From IMG/VR virus record IMGVR_UViG_642973540_000001: a DNA stretch of 64,000 nt; one strand, written 5' to 3'. The notes below the pieces were generated by a model that worked only from the letters and a program-made list of their open reading frames with translations, did no database searches and was not told where the DNA came from. The stretch's first letter is position 1. Every line of letters begins with the position of its first letter. Of the stretch, positions 1 to 6,029 are shown piece after piece. Origin of the DNA: a virus. Lineage: Duplodnaviria; Heunggongvirae; Uroviricota; Caudoviricetes. The translations under genes were made by a program, and so were the position numbers.

Positions 1-5
1 AACAG

Positions 6-224
6 TCATTTCAAATTCCTTCTGTTAAGTAAATAGAGAATCTTGAGAAAAACTCTGTTTTCGTAAGCGGATAATACCACCTCTTCAGAATTCTTAGAGC
101 GACTGTAAAGGTCAATCATTATTCCACTGTACTCAGAGCACATGCGCCCAAAGGCCATGCGATAGATTTCATAATCTTCGTAGACCTCTTGGATGTCTGA
201 ACTTTTTAATGGGATATTCGACAT
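6..224 (-). CDS. hypothetical small protein (73 aa from ATG; track ORF extends to GTG at 233)
   Basis: ORF track 6..233; AGGTGA SD 5 nt before internal ATG (MSNIPLK...). Confidence 0.4.
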   Translation of the reverse strand: MSNIPLKSSDIQEVYEDYEIYRMAFGRMCSEYSGIMIDLYSRSKNSEEVVLSAYENRVFLKILYLLNRRNLK

Positions 225-233
225 TACAGTCAC

Positions 234-395
234 CTAAATAATCTTACCATAACCTTGAAAGAAACGGTATAGTGCCAGTTCGTCATCAGAATAATGCTCA
301 GAAAGGTAGCTACCGGACTTTTGGGGAGTCTGCTTAGGTACTCTGGCTTTCTTCTTGACGGGTTTGTTTAAAATTGGTTGAGTCATTAGTTAAAT
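234..395 (-). CDS. small Lys/Arg-rich protein (51 aa, below ORF-track cutoff)
   Basis: ATG at 393-395 (minus) preceded by AGGA SD; stop abuts next minus gene. Confidence 0.3.
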
Positions 396-740
396 CCTAA
401 TAATGCCTCGCCCTACAGCTATGGAGTATATTCTCATAGTATGGGGTCAAAGTCAAGCAATTTCTTAACAAATTTCATCGAAAATGACTGAAAATTCATG
501 GTTTTATGGCGTTTTTACCCAATTTTGGACGAAAAAGCTCAAATATATGGTGATTCCCTACTTTACAGGTCTCTTTTTGTGTGCTACACTCCGTTCTGTC
601 ATCTGAACAGGTTCTTTTTAAAGATTTCTTCTTATATTCTATTTGTTATCTATCTATGTCTAATTATCTCTTAAAAGCCTTTAAAGATAACTGTAAAGAC
701 GCACTCACGCCCACAAGCACACGCGAAGGGCAATAACTTC

Positions 741-768
741 TTGACAAAAACCCTATTCAGGTTAGAAT
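741..768 (+). promoter_or_regulatory. sigma70-like promoter TTGACA-N16-TAGAAT
   Basis: consensus -35/-10 read directly, upstream of gene at 805. Confidence 0.5.
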
Positions 769-804
769 TAATACTTGACAGAAGAATTAATTGAGGATTT
801 AATA

Positions 805-1170
805 ATGGCTAGAAAACATGCTGGTCAGTTCAGAAAGGGTCAATCTGGTAACCCTGCTGGAAGACCGCGAGGTAGCAGAAATAAATCTTCCCTTGTCAAA
901 GCGCAATTATTGCTTGACGACTCAAGTGAGATGTCTGTAAAGTTGTTCCGTGCTCTCGTCACAAGAGATGTAGCGCAACTTGCAGAGTTCGGTCTTTCAC
1001 CATCAGACGTAAACGTCAAAGCGATGATGGAAGCTGCAAAAATCATCCTTACGCAGTCGTCTTCAGAGATGAAAGCCCTTGCATCTGACAAGAAAAAGGA
1101 AGATGATGTACCGGAACAAAAAGATGATGCTCCAACTTTCCAGAATGTCGCAAGAATTGGTTCAAAATAA
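805..1170 (+). CDS. hypothetical protein with GNPAGRPRG motif (DUF5681-like)
   Basis: ORF 775..1170 (TTG); ATG at 805 with GAGGA SD; GNPxGRP motif typical of a phage family of unknown function. Confidence 0.55.
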   Translation: MARKHAGQFRKGQSGNPAGRPRGSRNKSSLVKAQLLLDDSSEMSVKLFRALVTRDVAQLAEFGLSPSDVNVKAMMEAAKIILTQSSSEMKALASDKKKEDDVPEQKDDAPTFQNVARIGSK

Positions 1171-1173
1171 TTG

Positions 1174-1202
1174 TTGACAGGTCTGAAACAAGCTGGTAAA
1201 TT
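1174..1202 (+). promoter_or_regulatory. sigma70-like promoter TTGACAGG-N17-TAAATT
   Basis: one of five near-identical TTGACAG(G) promoters in the tRNA array. Confidence 0.45.
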
Positions 1203-1246
1203 GGTATCTGTTCTGAGAGAGCTTCAGAGGTTTCACAGAAATCTGT

Positions 1247-1319
1247 GCGGGTGTGGTGTAAACGGGGAACATACATGGTTTTGCCCATGTGGATGAGGGT
1301 TCGAGTCCCTTCACCTGCT
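1247..1319 (+). tRNA. tRNA-like gene with non-canonical anticodon arm (6-bp stem ACATGG/CCATGT, 6-nt loop TTTTGC; TTG triplet)
   Basis: acceptor GCGGGTG/CACCTGC, T-arm GAGGG-TTCGAGT-CCCTT, CCA encoded; anticodon loop not 7 nt. Confidence 0.5.
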
Positions 1320-1408
1320 GCTCTGAAGGTAGCCTGATGAAAATCAGGAGCAAATAACACGAGGCGACAGAACGCGCCTACTCTCAGAAAAATAAGTTGA
1401 AAAACTTG

Positions 1409-1437
1409 TTGACAGATAGAAAGAAGCGAGTTATGAT
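1409..1437 (+). promoter_or_regulatory. sigma70-like promoter TTGACA-N17-TATGAT
   Basis: consensus hexamers. Confidence 0.5.
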
Positions 1438-1460
1438 AGCTTCATAGTTTTAGAAAACAT

Positions 1461-1535
1461 CTCCGTTTAGCTCAGTATGGATAGAGTAGGCCGTTTGGGG
1501 CGGTCGGGTCGAAGGTTCGAATCCTTCAACGGAGA
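1461..1535 (+). tRNA. tRNA-Pro (TGG)
   Basis: acceptor CTCCGTT/AACGGAG, anticodon loop TTTGGGG, T-loop TTCGAAT, CCA encoded. Confidence 0.8.
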
Positions 1536-1545
1536 CCAAATTTAT

Positions 1546-1617
1546 GTCGTAGAAGGCAAATGGTTAGCCACCTGACCTTCAATCAGTTGCTCGCGGGTTC
1601 GAATCCCGTCTACGACT
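1546..1617 (+). tRNA. tRNA-Glu (TTC) probable; C at position 33
   Basis: acceptor GTCGTAG/CTACGAC, loop CCTTCAA, T-arm GCGGG-TTCGAAT-CCCGT, CCA encoded. Confidence 0.6.
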
Positions 1618-1629
1618 CCAAAATAAAGT

Positions 1630-1658
1630 TTGACAGGTACTTTGAATTCTGTCAGTAT
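1630..1658 (+). promoter_or_regulatory. sigma70-like promoter TTGACAGG-N17-CAGTAT
   Basis: -35 consensus, weaker -10. Confidence 0.4.
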
Positions 1659-1732
1659 GGGTCAGTAGCTTAATTGGGAAAGCATCTCACTTGCAATGAG
1701 AAGGATGAGGGTTCAAGTCCCTCCTGTATCCA
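1659..1732 (+). tRNA. tRNA-Ala (TGC) with imperfect acceptor/T-arm junction
   Basis: anticodon arm TCTCA-CTTGCAA-TGAGA, D-stem GCTT/AAGC, T-arm GAGGG-TTCAAGT-CCCTC, G3-U70 possible, ACCA 3' end; two acceptor mismatches. Confidence 0.55.
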
Positions 1733-1913
1733 CCAAAACTTTAATGGTCTGGTCAAATTCTCCCTTAGAATCTTGACTGATAAACTCTCTGTAAGGATTC
1801 GCGGTTGCTTGCAGAGCTTTGGGATAGCATCTTCTAAGTCACGTGCTGAAGAATGCGAAATTGGAATGACCTTGCCGAAACGGTTAGTTTGTCCAGAGCC
1901 ATTAAAGTTTTAT

Positions 1914-1985
1914 AGCGGGATGGAGCAGTGGTAGCTTGCCAGTTTCATTATCTGGAGGTCGTAGGTTCGAATCCTACTCCCGCTT
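1914..1985 (+). tRNA. tRNA with CAT anticodon (Met or Ile-lysidine)
   Basis: acceptor AGCGGGA/TCCCGCT, loop TTCATTA, T-T at 31-39, T-arm GTAGG-TTCGAAT-CCTAC. Confidence 0.7.
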
Positions 1986-1996
1986 CCAAATTTAAA

Positions 1997-2069
1997 GGGT
2001 TTGAAGCACATATGGATGTGCGGCTGGCTGTTAACCAGATGGTAGTGGGTTCGAGTCCCACCTTTCCCG
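1997..2069 (+). tRNA. tRNA-Asn (GTT) with three T-T mismatches in acceptor stem
   Basis: acceptor GGGTTTG/CTTTCCC, D-stem GCAC/GTGC, loop CTGTTAA, T-arm GTGGG-TTCGAGT-CCCAC, CCA encoded. Confidence 0.6.
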
Positions 2070-2078
2070 CCAATTTAT

Positions 2079-2158
2079 GCGTCTATGGCAGAGATGGTCA
2101 ATGCAGCGGTCTGTAAAACCGCCCCGAAAGGTTACTGGTTCGAGTCCAGTTAGGCGCA
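2079..2158 (+). tRNA. tRNA-Tyr (GTA), type II
   Basis: acceptor GCGTCTA/TAGGCGC, anticodon arm GCGGT-CTGTAAA-ACCGC, long variable arm, CCA encoded. Confidence 0.85.
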
Positions 2159-2167
2159 CCAAACAAT

Positions 2168-2238
2168 TGCGAAGTAGTGAAATGGCATCATACTGGTTTC
2201 ATTATCCGGTGTAGGTAGTTCGAATCTACCCTTCGCAT
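2168..2238 (+). tRNA. tRNA with CAT anticodon (Met or Ile-lysidine)
   Basis: perfect acceptor TGCGAAG/CTTCGCA, loop TTCATTA, T-arm GGTAG-TTCGAAT-CTACC. Confidence 0.75.
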
Positions 2239-2320
2239 CCAAATTACTCAGTTTGGGTTGTTCTGAGTGACGTGTAGGGTATTACCCTTTAGAGCGTCGA
2301 ATCAAAGACTCCTTAAAGTT

Positions 2321-2394
2321 GGGGATGTGGCAGACTTGGTAATTGTACCGCACTGTCTATGCGGAATATGAGGGTTCAAATCCCTTCATCCTCG
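2321..2394 (+). tRNA. tRNA-Asp (GTC)
   Basis: acceptor GGGGATG/CATCCTC, anticodon arm CCGCA-CTGTCTA-TGCGG, T-loop TTCAAAT. Confidence 0.75.
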
Positions 2395-2624
2395 CCAATT
2401 TCACCGGAAAGACTTAAAGTCCAACTGGTAACTGCCGTCTGGTATATGCGGTGATTCTACTTTGTAGCGTTCCTCTTATGAGGTGAATGGATGTCTCCTT
2501 TCCAAAGCACATTTAGATGAAATATACAGGTCTACAGCTTTTACTTAAACGTTTCACCTCCTTGCGTTTAAGGTTTGGGCTACATAACTGAGTAGTCTCG
2601 CTCAGGGCGACAGAGAGACAAAAT

Positions 2625-2712
2625 GGAAGGGCAAATCGACTGGCGACGAAAACGGTCTTGAAAACCGCCGAGCGTTAATAGCGCCTTGAGGGTTCGACTC
2701 CCTCTCCTTCCG
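2625..2712 (+). tRNA. tRNA-Ser (TGA), type II
   Basis: acceptor GGAAGGG/TCCTTCC, loop CTTGAAA, long variable arm, T-arm GAGGG-TTCGACT-CCCTC, GCCA end. Confidence 0.75.
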
Positions 2713-2716
2713 CCAC

Positions 2717-2788
2717 GGTCTAATTAGCTTATATGGTAAAGCAACGGTCTGAAAAGCCGTGGAACAGGGTTCGAATCCCGATAGACCG
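2717..2788 (+). tRNA. tRNA-Phe (GAA)
   Basis: anticodon arm ACGGT-CTGAAAA-GCCGT, acceptor GGTCTAA/ATAGACC, CCA encoded. Confidence 0.75.
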
Positions 2789-2798
2789 CCAAATTCAA

Positions 2799-2871
2799 CG
2801 GTGTGTAACTCAATTGGCAGAGTGGGTGGCTTTTAACCACAGGGTTGCAGGTTCGATGCCTGTCACACCGA
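2799..2871 (+). tRNA. tRNA-Lys (TTT)
   Basis: acceptor CGGTGTG/CACACCG, D-stem ACTC/GAGT, loop CTTTTAA, T-arm GCAGG-TTCGATG-CCTGT. Confidence 0.8.
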
Positions 2872-2881
2872 CCAAACAAAT

Positions 2882-2955
2882 GGACTATTAACTCAACTGG
2901 TCAGAGTACCCGACTCTTAATCGGGAGGTTCAGGGTTCGACTCCCTGATAGTCTA
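2882..2955 (+). tRNA. tRNA-Lys (CTT)
   Basis: acceptor GGACTAT/ATAGTCT, anticodon arm CCCGA-CTCTTAA-TCGGG, T-arm CAGGG-TTCGACT-CCCTG. Confidence 0.75.
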
Positions 2956-2969
2956 CCAAATTTCTTAGT

Positions 2970-3042
2970 AGTGGTATGGCAGAGATGGTCATGCACTTCC
3001 TTCATACGGAAGATTACATCGGTTCAAGTCCGATTACCACTT
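2970..3042 (+). tRNA. tRNA with CAT anticodon (Met or Ile-lysidine); CCA not encoded
   Basis: perfect acceptor AGTGGTA/TACCACT, arm CTTCC-TTCATAC-GGAAG, T-arm ATCGG-TTCAAGT-CCGAT, 3' end followed by TCTA. Confidence 0.75.
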
Positions 3043-3056
3043 CTAAGAGATTTAAT

Positions 3057-3128
3057 TGTGGGTTAGCATAAATGGTAATGCAGACGGCTGATAACCGTCA
3101 GAAGAGGGTTCGATACCCTCACCTACGA
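3057..3128 (+). tRNA. tRNA-Ile (GAT)
   Basis: anticodon arm GACGG-CTGATAA-CCGTC, T-arm GAGGG-TTCGATA-CCCTC, CCA encoded. Confidence 0.8.
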
Positions 3129-3138
3129 CCAAACAATC

Positions 3139-3210
3139 GGGGTATGGAGTAATTGGCAACTCTACGGTTTTTGAGGCCGTCAGTTTTCGGTTCGAATCCG
3201 AATGCCCCCG
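3139..3210 (+). tRNA. tRNA-Gln (TTG)
   Basis: acceptor GGGGTAT vs ATGCCCC(C), loop TTTTGAG, T-loop TTCGAAT; one-nt irregularity at 3' acceptor. Confidence 0.7.
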
Positions 3211-3219
3211 CCAAAAAAT

Positions 3220-3293
3220 GCACCCTTAGAACAACTGGACAGTTCCGCTGTCTTCTAAACAGCTAGTTACAGGTTCGAGTCCTGTAGGGTGTG
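3220..3293 (+). tRNA. tRNA-Arg (TCT)
   Basis: acceptor GCACCCT/AGGGTGT, arm GCTGT-CTTCTAA-ACAGC, T-arm ACAGG-TTCGAGT-CCTGT. Confidence 0.8.
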
Positions 3294-3380
3294 CCAAAAA
3301 TGGGTGATTCTGCAACGGTGGAGCTAGGCCAGCTTTGAAGCCGTAAAATGGGAATGTGGTATCGACTTACGATAGTTGTT

Positions 3381-3465
3381 GAAAGTGATTTGTGAAGCCG
3401 GACTAACAGATTATGAGTAAATGGCGACAATACGTTGTAGAGAGGTTCGAATCCTTAATCACTCG
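3381..3465 (+). tRNA. tRNA-like element: canonical T-arm + acceptor 3' strand + CCA, but no recognisable anticodon arm; matching 5' acceptor strand GGGTGAT lies about 160 nt upstream (3302)
   Basis: AGAGG-TTCGAAT-CCTTA-ATCACTC-G-CCA at 3441-3468; 5' partner GGGTGAT at 3302-3308. Confidence 0.35.
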
Positions 3466-3476
3466 CCAAATTTAGG

Positions 3477-3505
3477 TTGACAGGTGAAACAAACTCCTGT
3501 AATCT
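3477..3505 (+). promoter_or_regulatory. sigma70-like promoter TTGACAGG-N17-TAATCT
   Basis: consensus hexamers. Confidence 0.5.
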
Positions 3506-3713
3506 TTACCGTAGTTTTCGTTGAGTATGCTTCTATTTTTATCATTTAAAATAAATGCAAATGATGCTCAATTTCTGGCAGTGGCGTAATAGCTAAACAC
3601 CAGTAGGGTCTTCCGACTCCCTATCACCGAATTCGGCGTAGAGTTGTCCCGTCTATGATTGCCAAACGGGGCTTCAACCTAAAAGGTTCTTACGAGAGTC
3701 TTTCAGATTGAAT

Positions 3714-3787
3714 GGCGTAATATCCCAATTGGCAGAGGAAGCAGGTTCAAACCCTGTTCAGTGTGGGTTCGACTCCCACTTACGCTA
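3714..3787 (+). tRNA. tRNA with CAA (Leu) anticodon but type-I (short variable loop) architecture
   Basis: acceptor GGCGTAA/TTACGCT, arm GCAGG-TTCAAAC-CCTGT, 5-nt variable loop, T-arm GTGGG-TTCGACT-CCCAC. Confidence 0.6.
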
Positions 3788-3919
3788 CCAGATTCAGATG
3801 TCTTTGTAATCGTCCCTGAAATGACGGGGCAATTAAGGAGGTGGTCTGTATCTCCTGACTGTCAGGATAACCAGTAGAGCGTTAACAACACTGAGAAGTG
3901 TGGTAACTCGCTTGATAAT

Positions 3920-3992
3920 GCAAGTATGATGTCAACTGGTAACATGGCGTCCTTCCAAGTCGCTCTTACGGGTTCGAATCCCGTTACTTGCT
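3920..3992 (+). tRNA. tRNA-Gly (TCC)
   Basis: perfect acceptor GCAAGTA/TACTTGC, D-stem ATGT/ACAT, loop CTTCCAA, T-arm ACGGG-TTCGAAT-CCCGT. Confidence 0.8.
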
Positions 3993-4001
3993 CCAAACAA
4001 T

Positions 4002-4074
4002 AGGGGATTAGTTTAACTGGCAAAATGTCGGCCTCCAAAACCGCACGTTGAGGGTTCGAATCCCTCATCCCCTG
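4002..4074 (+). tRNA. tRNA-Trp (CCA); weak anticodon stem; CCA not encoded
   Basis: perfect acceptor AGGGGAT/ATCCCCT, loop CTCCAAA as in E. coli tRNA-Trp, T-arm GAGGG-TTCGAAT-CCCTC. Confidence 0.7.
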
Positions 4075-4086
4075 TCAATTCAGAAT

Positions 4087-4158
4087 GCCTCCATCATATA
4101 AGGGCTATTATGCCTGTTTTGTAATCAGGTCATCGCGGTTCGAATCCGTGTGGGGGCA
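4087..4158 (+). tRNA. tRNA-Thr (TGT)
   Basis: acceptor GCCTCCA/TGGGGGC, loop TTTGTAA with T-T at 31-39, T-arm CGCGG-TTCGAAT-CCGTG. Confidence 0.75.
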
Positions 4159-4168
4159 CCAAAACTAT

Positions 4169-4241
4169 ACTCGTATAGCTCAGATGGTAGAGCGGCATCT
4201 TTACACGTTGCTGGTCAGGCGTTCGAGTCGCCTTGCGAGTA
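4169..4241 (+). tRNA. tRNA-Val (TAC)
   Basis: acceptor ACTCGTA/TGCGAGT, D-arm GCTC-AGATGGTAGA-GCGG, loop TTTACAC, T-arm AGGCG-TTCGAGT-CGCCT. Confidence 0.8.
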
Positions 4242-4250
4242 CCAAACAAT

Positions 4251-4325
4251 GGCTGTGTAGCCCAACTTGGCAGAGGCACTACGCTAAGAACGTATACAGT
4301 GAGAGTTCGAATCTCTCCACAGCTA
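4251..4325 (+). tRNA. tRNA, anticodon ambiguous (loop CTAAGAA reads AAG; Leu-like, type-I)
   Basis: acceptor GGCTGTG/CACAGCT, T-arm GAGAG-TTCGAAT-CTCTC, CCA encoded. Confidence 0.55.
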
Positions 4326-4334
4326 CCAAACAAT

Positions 4335-4408
4335 AGCCCTTTATCTTAAATGGATAGAGACTCAAGCTACGAACTTGAGAGGTTTGGGTTCGAATCCCAA
4401 AAGGGCTT
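4335..4408 (+). tRNA. tRNA-Arg (ACG)
   Basis: perfect acceptor AGCCCTT/AAGGGCT, arm TCAAG-CTACGAA-CTTGA, T-arm TTGGG-TTCGAAT-CCCAA. Confidence 0.85.
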
Positions 4409-4413
4409 CCAAT

Positions 4414-4487
4414 AGGATGTTCGTATAGTTGGCCTATTACACCGGACTCTGAATCCGGTTACGATGGTTCGAATCCATCACGTCCTG
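4414..4487 (+). tRNA. tRNA-Gln (CTG)
   Basis: acceptor AGGATGT/ACGTCCT, arm CCGGA-CTCTGAA-TCCGG, T-arm GATGG-TTCGAAT-CCATC. Confidence 0.8.
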
Positions 4488-4496
4488 CCAAACAAT

Positions 4497-4570
4497 AGGT
4501 GATTACCCCAATTGGCAGAGGGTAGGAGCTTAAACCTCCGATGTTGAGAGTTCGAATCTCTCATCACCTA
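4497..4570 (+). tRNA. tRNA with TAA (Leu) anticodon but type-I architecture
   Basis: perfect acceptor AGGTGAT/ATCACCT, arm AGGAG-CTTAAAC-CTCCG, 5-nt variable loop, T-arm GAGAG-TTCGAAT-CTCTC. Confidence 0.65.
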
Positions 4571-4575
4571 CCAAT

Positions 4576-4650
4576 GGAGTTGGTATCATAAATGGATAAT
4601 GACCCTGACTGTGAATCAGGTCTATGCGGGTTCGAATCCCGTCCTTCTCC
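4576..4650 (+). tRNA. tRNA-His (GTG) with G-1 and two T-T mismatches in acceptor stem
   Basis: G-1 + GAGTTGG/CCTTCTC + C73, D-stem TCAT/ATGA, arm CCTGA-CTGTGAA-TCAGG, T-arm GCGGG-TTCGAAT-CCCGT. Confidence 0.8.
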
Positions 4651-4659
4651 CCAAATTCT

Positions 4660-4749
4660 GGAAGATTAACCCTAAAAGGTAAGGGAAGTGTTTGCTAAAC
4701 ACTCAGTAACCGAGAAATCGGCGTACCAGTTCAAGTCTGGTATCTTCCT
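4660..4749 (+). tRNA. tRNA-Ser (GCT), type II
   Basis: perfect acceptor GGAAGAT/ATCTTCC, arm AGTGT-TTGCTAA-ACACT, long variable arm, T-arm ACCAG-TTCAAGT-CTGGT. Confidence 0.85.
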
Positions 4750-4769
4750 CCAATTCGTAAAGGTGTGAA

Positions 4770-5504
4770 ATGGCTGTAACAGACCAAACTAAGCAAATCT
4801 TCAGTTTAATGCAGTCTGGTAAGGCGTTCAAGAATCCTCTGGCAAGTGCTTCATCAGCCCTCTCATCAAATATCAGTTCCGGTACATCTGGAATGAACAC
4901 TTTGAAGAGCAACCTGACGAATCCAAATGCTCAGACAGCTTTACAGAATGCTGGCATTAACACAACGTTACTGACAAGTGGTGCAGGGGCTTTAACCTCA
5001 TCAGCTTCGACTGTTACAAGTCTGGTCAGTTACGGTCAAACCTCAGTCAATGAGTTCTCTCAGAGAATGCAGTTGGCAGAAGGTTACAAGAGTTCTTATG
5101 AATCTCTTACTGGTACTTCCGCAGGTTGTTCACCTTTCAACTCCGTAATGGGCGTTGTTCAGGGGATTGGACAGTCAGCGATGAATGCTTACAACACGGT
5201 GATGTCAAGTGTCAACTCTGCAATCTCCGCACTTAACGATGCTATTGCAAAAGGTCTTTCGACTATTCAGAACTTGGCAGCAGCAGCTTACGCGAAGATT
5301 AACGAGCTTATCACAAAAGCCAAAGAGTTTGCACAGAAGGTTGTCGATATGATTGCTGAAGAAGCAAGTCTGATTTCAGATTACCTGAAGACGCAAGCAA
5401 GTGCTTTTATGGCAAAGTACATGCCTGATTGGTTTAAAGACTCTTGTAAGAGTTCGGTCACAAATAATGTGGCAACTGATGAGTTGAAAGCAGCAGCGAA
5501 ATAA
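4770..5504 (+). CDS. hypothetical Ser/Thr/Ala-rich protein (244 aa)
   Basis: ORF track; AAAGGTG SD; first gene of structural operon. Confidence 0.6.
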   Translation: MAVTDQTKQIFSLMQSGKAFKNPLASASSALSSNISSGTSGMNTLKSNLTNPNAQTALQNAGINTTLLTSGAGALTSSASTVTSLVSYGQTSVNEFSQRMQLAEGYKSSYESLTGTSAGCSPFNSVMGVVQGIGQSAMNAYNTVMSSVNSAISALNDAIAKGLSTIQNLAAAAYAKINELITKAKEFAQKVVDMIAEEASLISDYLKTQASAFMAKYMPDWFKDSCKSSVTNNVATDELKAAAK

Positions 5505-5713
5505 TGGTGCGATGACTGAAACACAAATGGTGACCGTCTGCAAAACGGTAAAATGAGGGTGGGATTCCCTCTCGCATCTCCAATAAGTCCTCTTGAGAGT
5601 CAGGGTATCGCTACCTCTTGGCTCTTGGGAGGCAGCTTTCGAGTCATACTTAAAGTGTCTTTCCGAAGAGTTTTTGAGTATGTTTCGGCATACAGGCAGT
5701 TGCGGTTTCCTTT

Positions 5714-5738
5714 GTGGCGCTGGTCGCCACCTTTTTCC
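5714..5738 (+). terminator. rho-independent terminator-like hairpin GTGGCG-ctggt-CGCCAC + CTTTTTCC
   Basis: 6-bp GC stem followed by T-rich run. Confidence 0.5.
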
Positions 5739-5774
5739 TGACTGTCGGTAGTATGTACATTTCTCAACTATTTC

Positions 5775-5798
5775 GGAGGCTTTTAGCCTCCTTTTTTG
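5775..5798 (+). terminator. rho-independent terminator GGAGGC-tttta-GCCTCC-TTTTTT
   Basis: perfect stem + T6. Confidence 0.7.
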
Positions 5799-5814
5799 TT
5801 TCTGGAGTTTACCA

Positions 5815-5997
5815 ATGAACGAACAACAACTTAAAGAACTGCAACTGAAAGCTGAACTGTATGACCTGACTAAGGCTAATCAGGAGATGAGCGGAGTTAT
5901 TCGCAACGTCATTATCAGCCTTGCAACATCCCTGAAAGTGGATGCCAACGAATTCAACCTGCAACAACTGTTGGATAAGGTCTCAGAGGCTGTGTAA
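5815..5997 (+). CDS. small coiled-coil protein (60 aa) immediately upstream of terminase; possible small terminase-associated protein
   Basis: ORF track; GGAG SD; position. Confidence 0.5.
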   Translation: MNEQQLKELQLKAELYDLTKANQEMSGVIRNVIISLATSLKVDANEFNLQQLLDKVSEAV

Positions 5998-6029
5998 GCG
6001 TCTGTGAGCGATTATTTGGAGTAACCCTA

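Noticed and set aside
400-740. AT-rich region with TCTAT-type short repeats and a 40-codon hydrophobic ORF (484..606)
   Set aside because: There is no RBS and the repeats are short and imperfect. It is probably just promoter/UTR DNA for the divergent early genes. Noted but not called.
2245-2320. Possible additional tRNA (GTCGAATC resembles a T-loop)
   Set aside because: No complementary T-stem or acceptor stem can be drawn. Treated as a structured spacer instead.
840-4912. Track ORFs overlapping the tRNA array (840..1091-, 1049..1360-, 1162..1353-, 1674..1934+, 1928..2116+, 2845..3066+, 3862..4068-, 4085..4336+, 4130..4333-, 4703..4912-)
   Set aside because: They run across consecutive tRNA genes and promoters, have no SDs, and their products are low-complexity. 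The interval is explained by tRNAs.
5553-5741. 62-aa ORF in the non-coding region upstream of terminase
   Set aside because: It has no RBS and overlaps hairpins and terminators, and it is Trp/Arg/Pro-rich, typical of a random frame.
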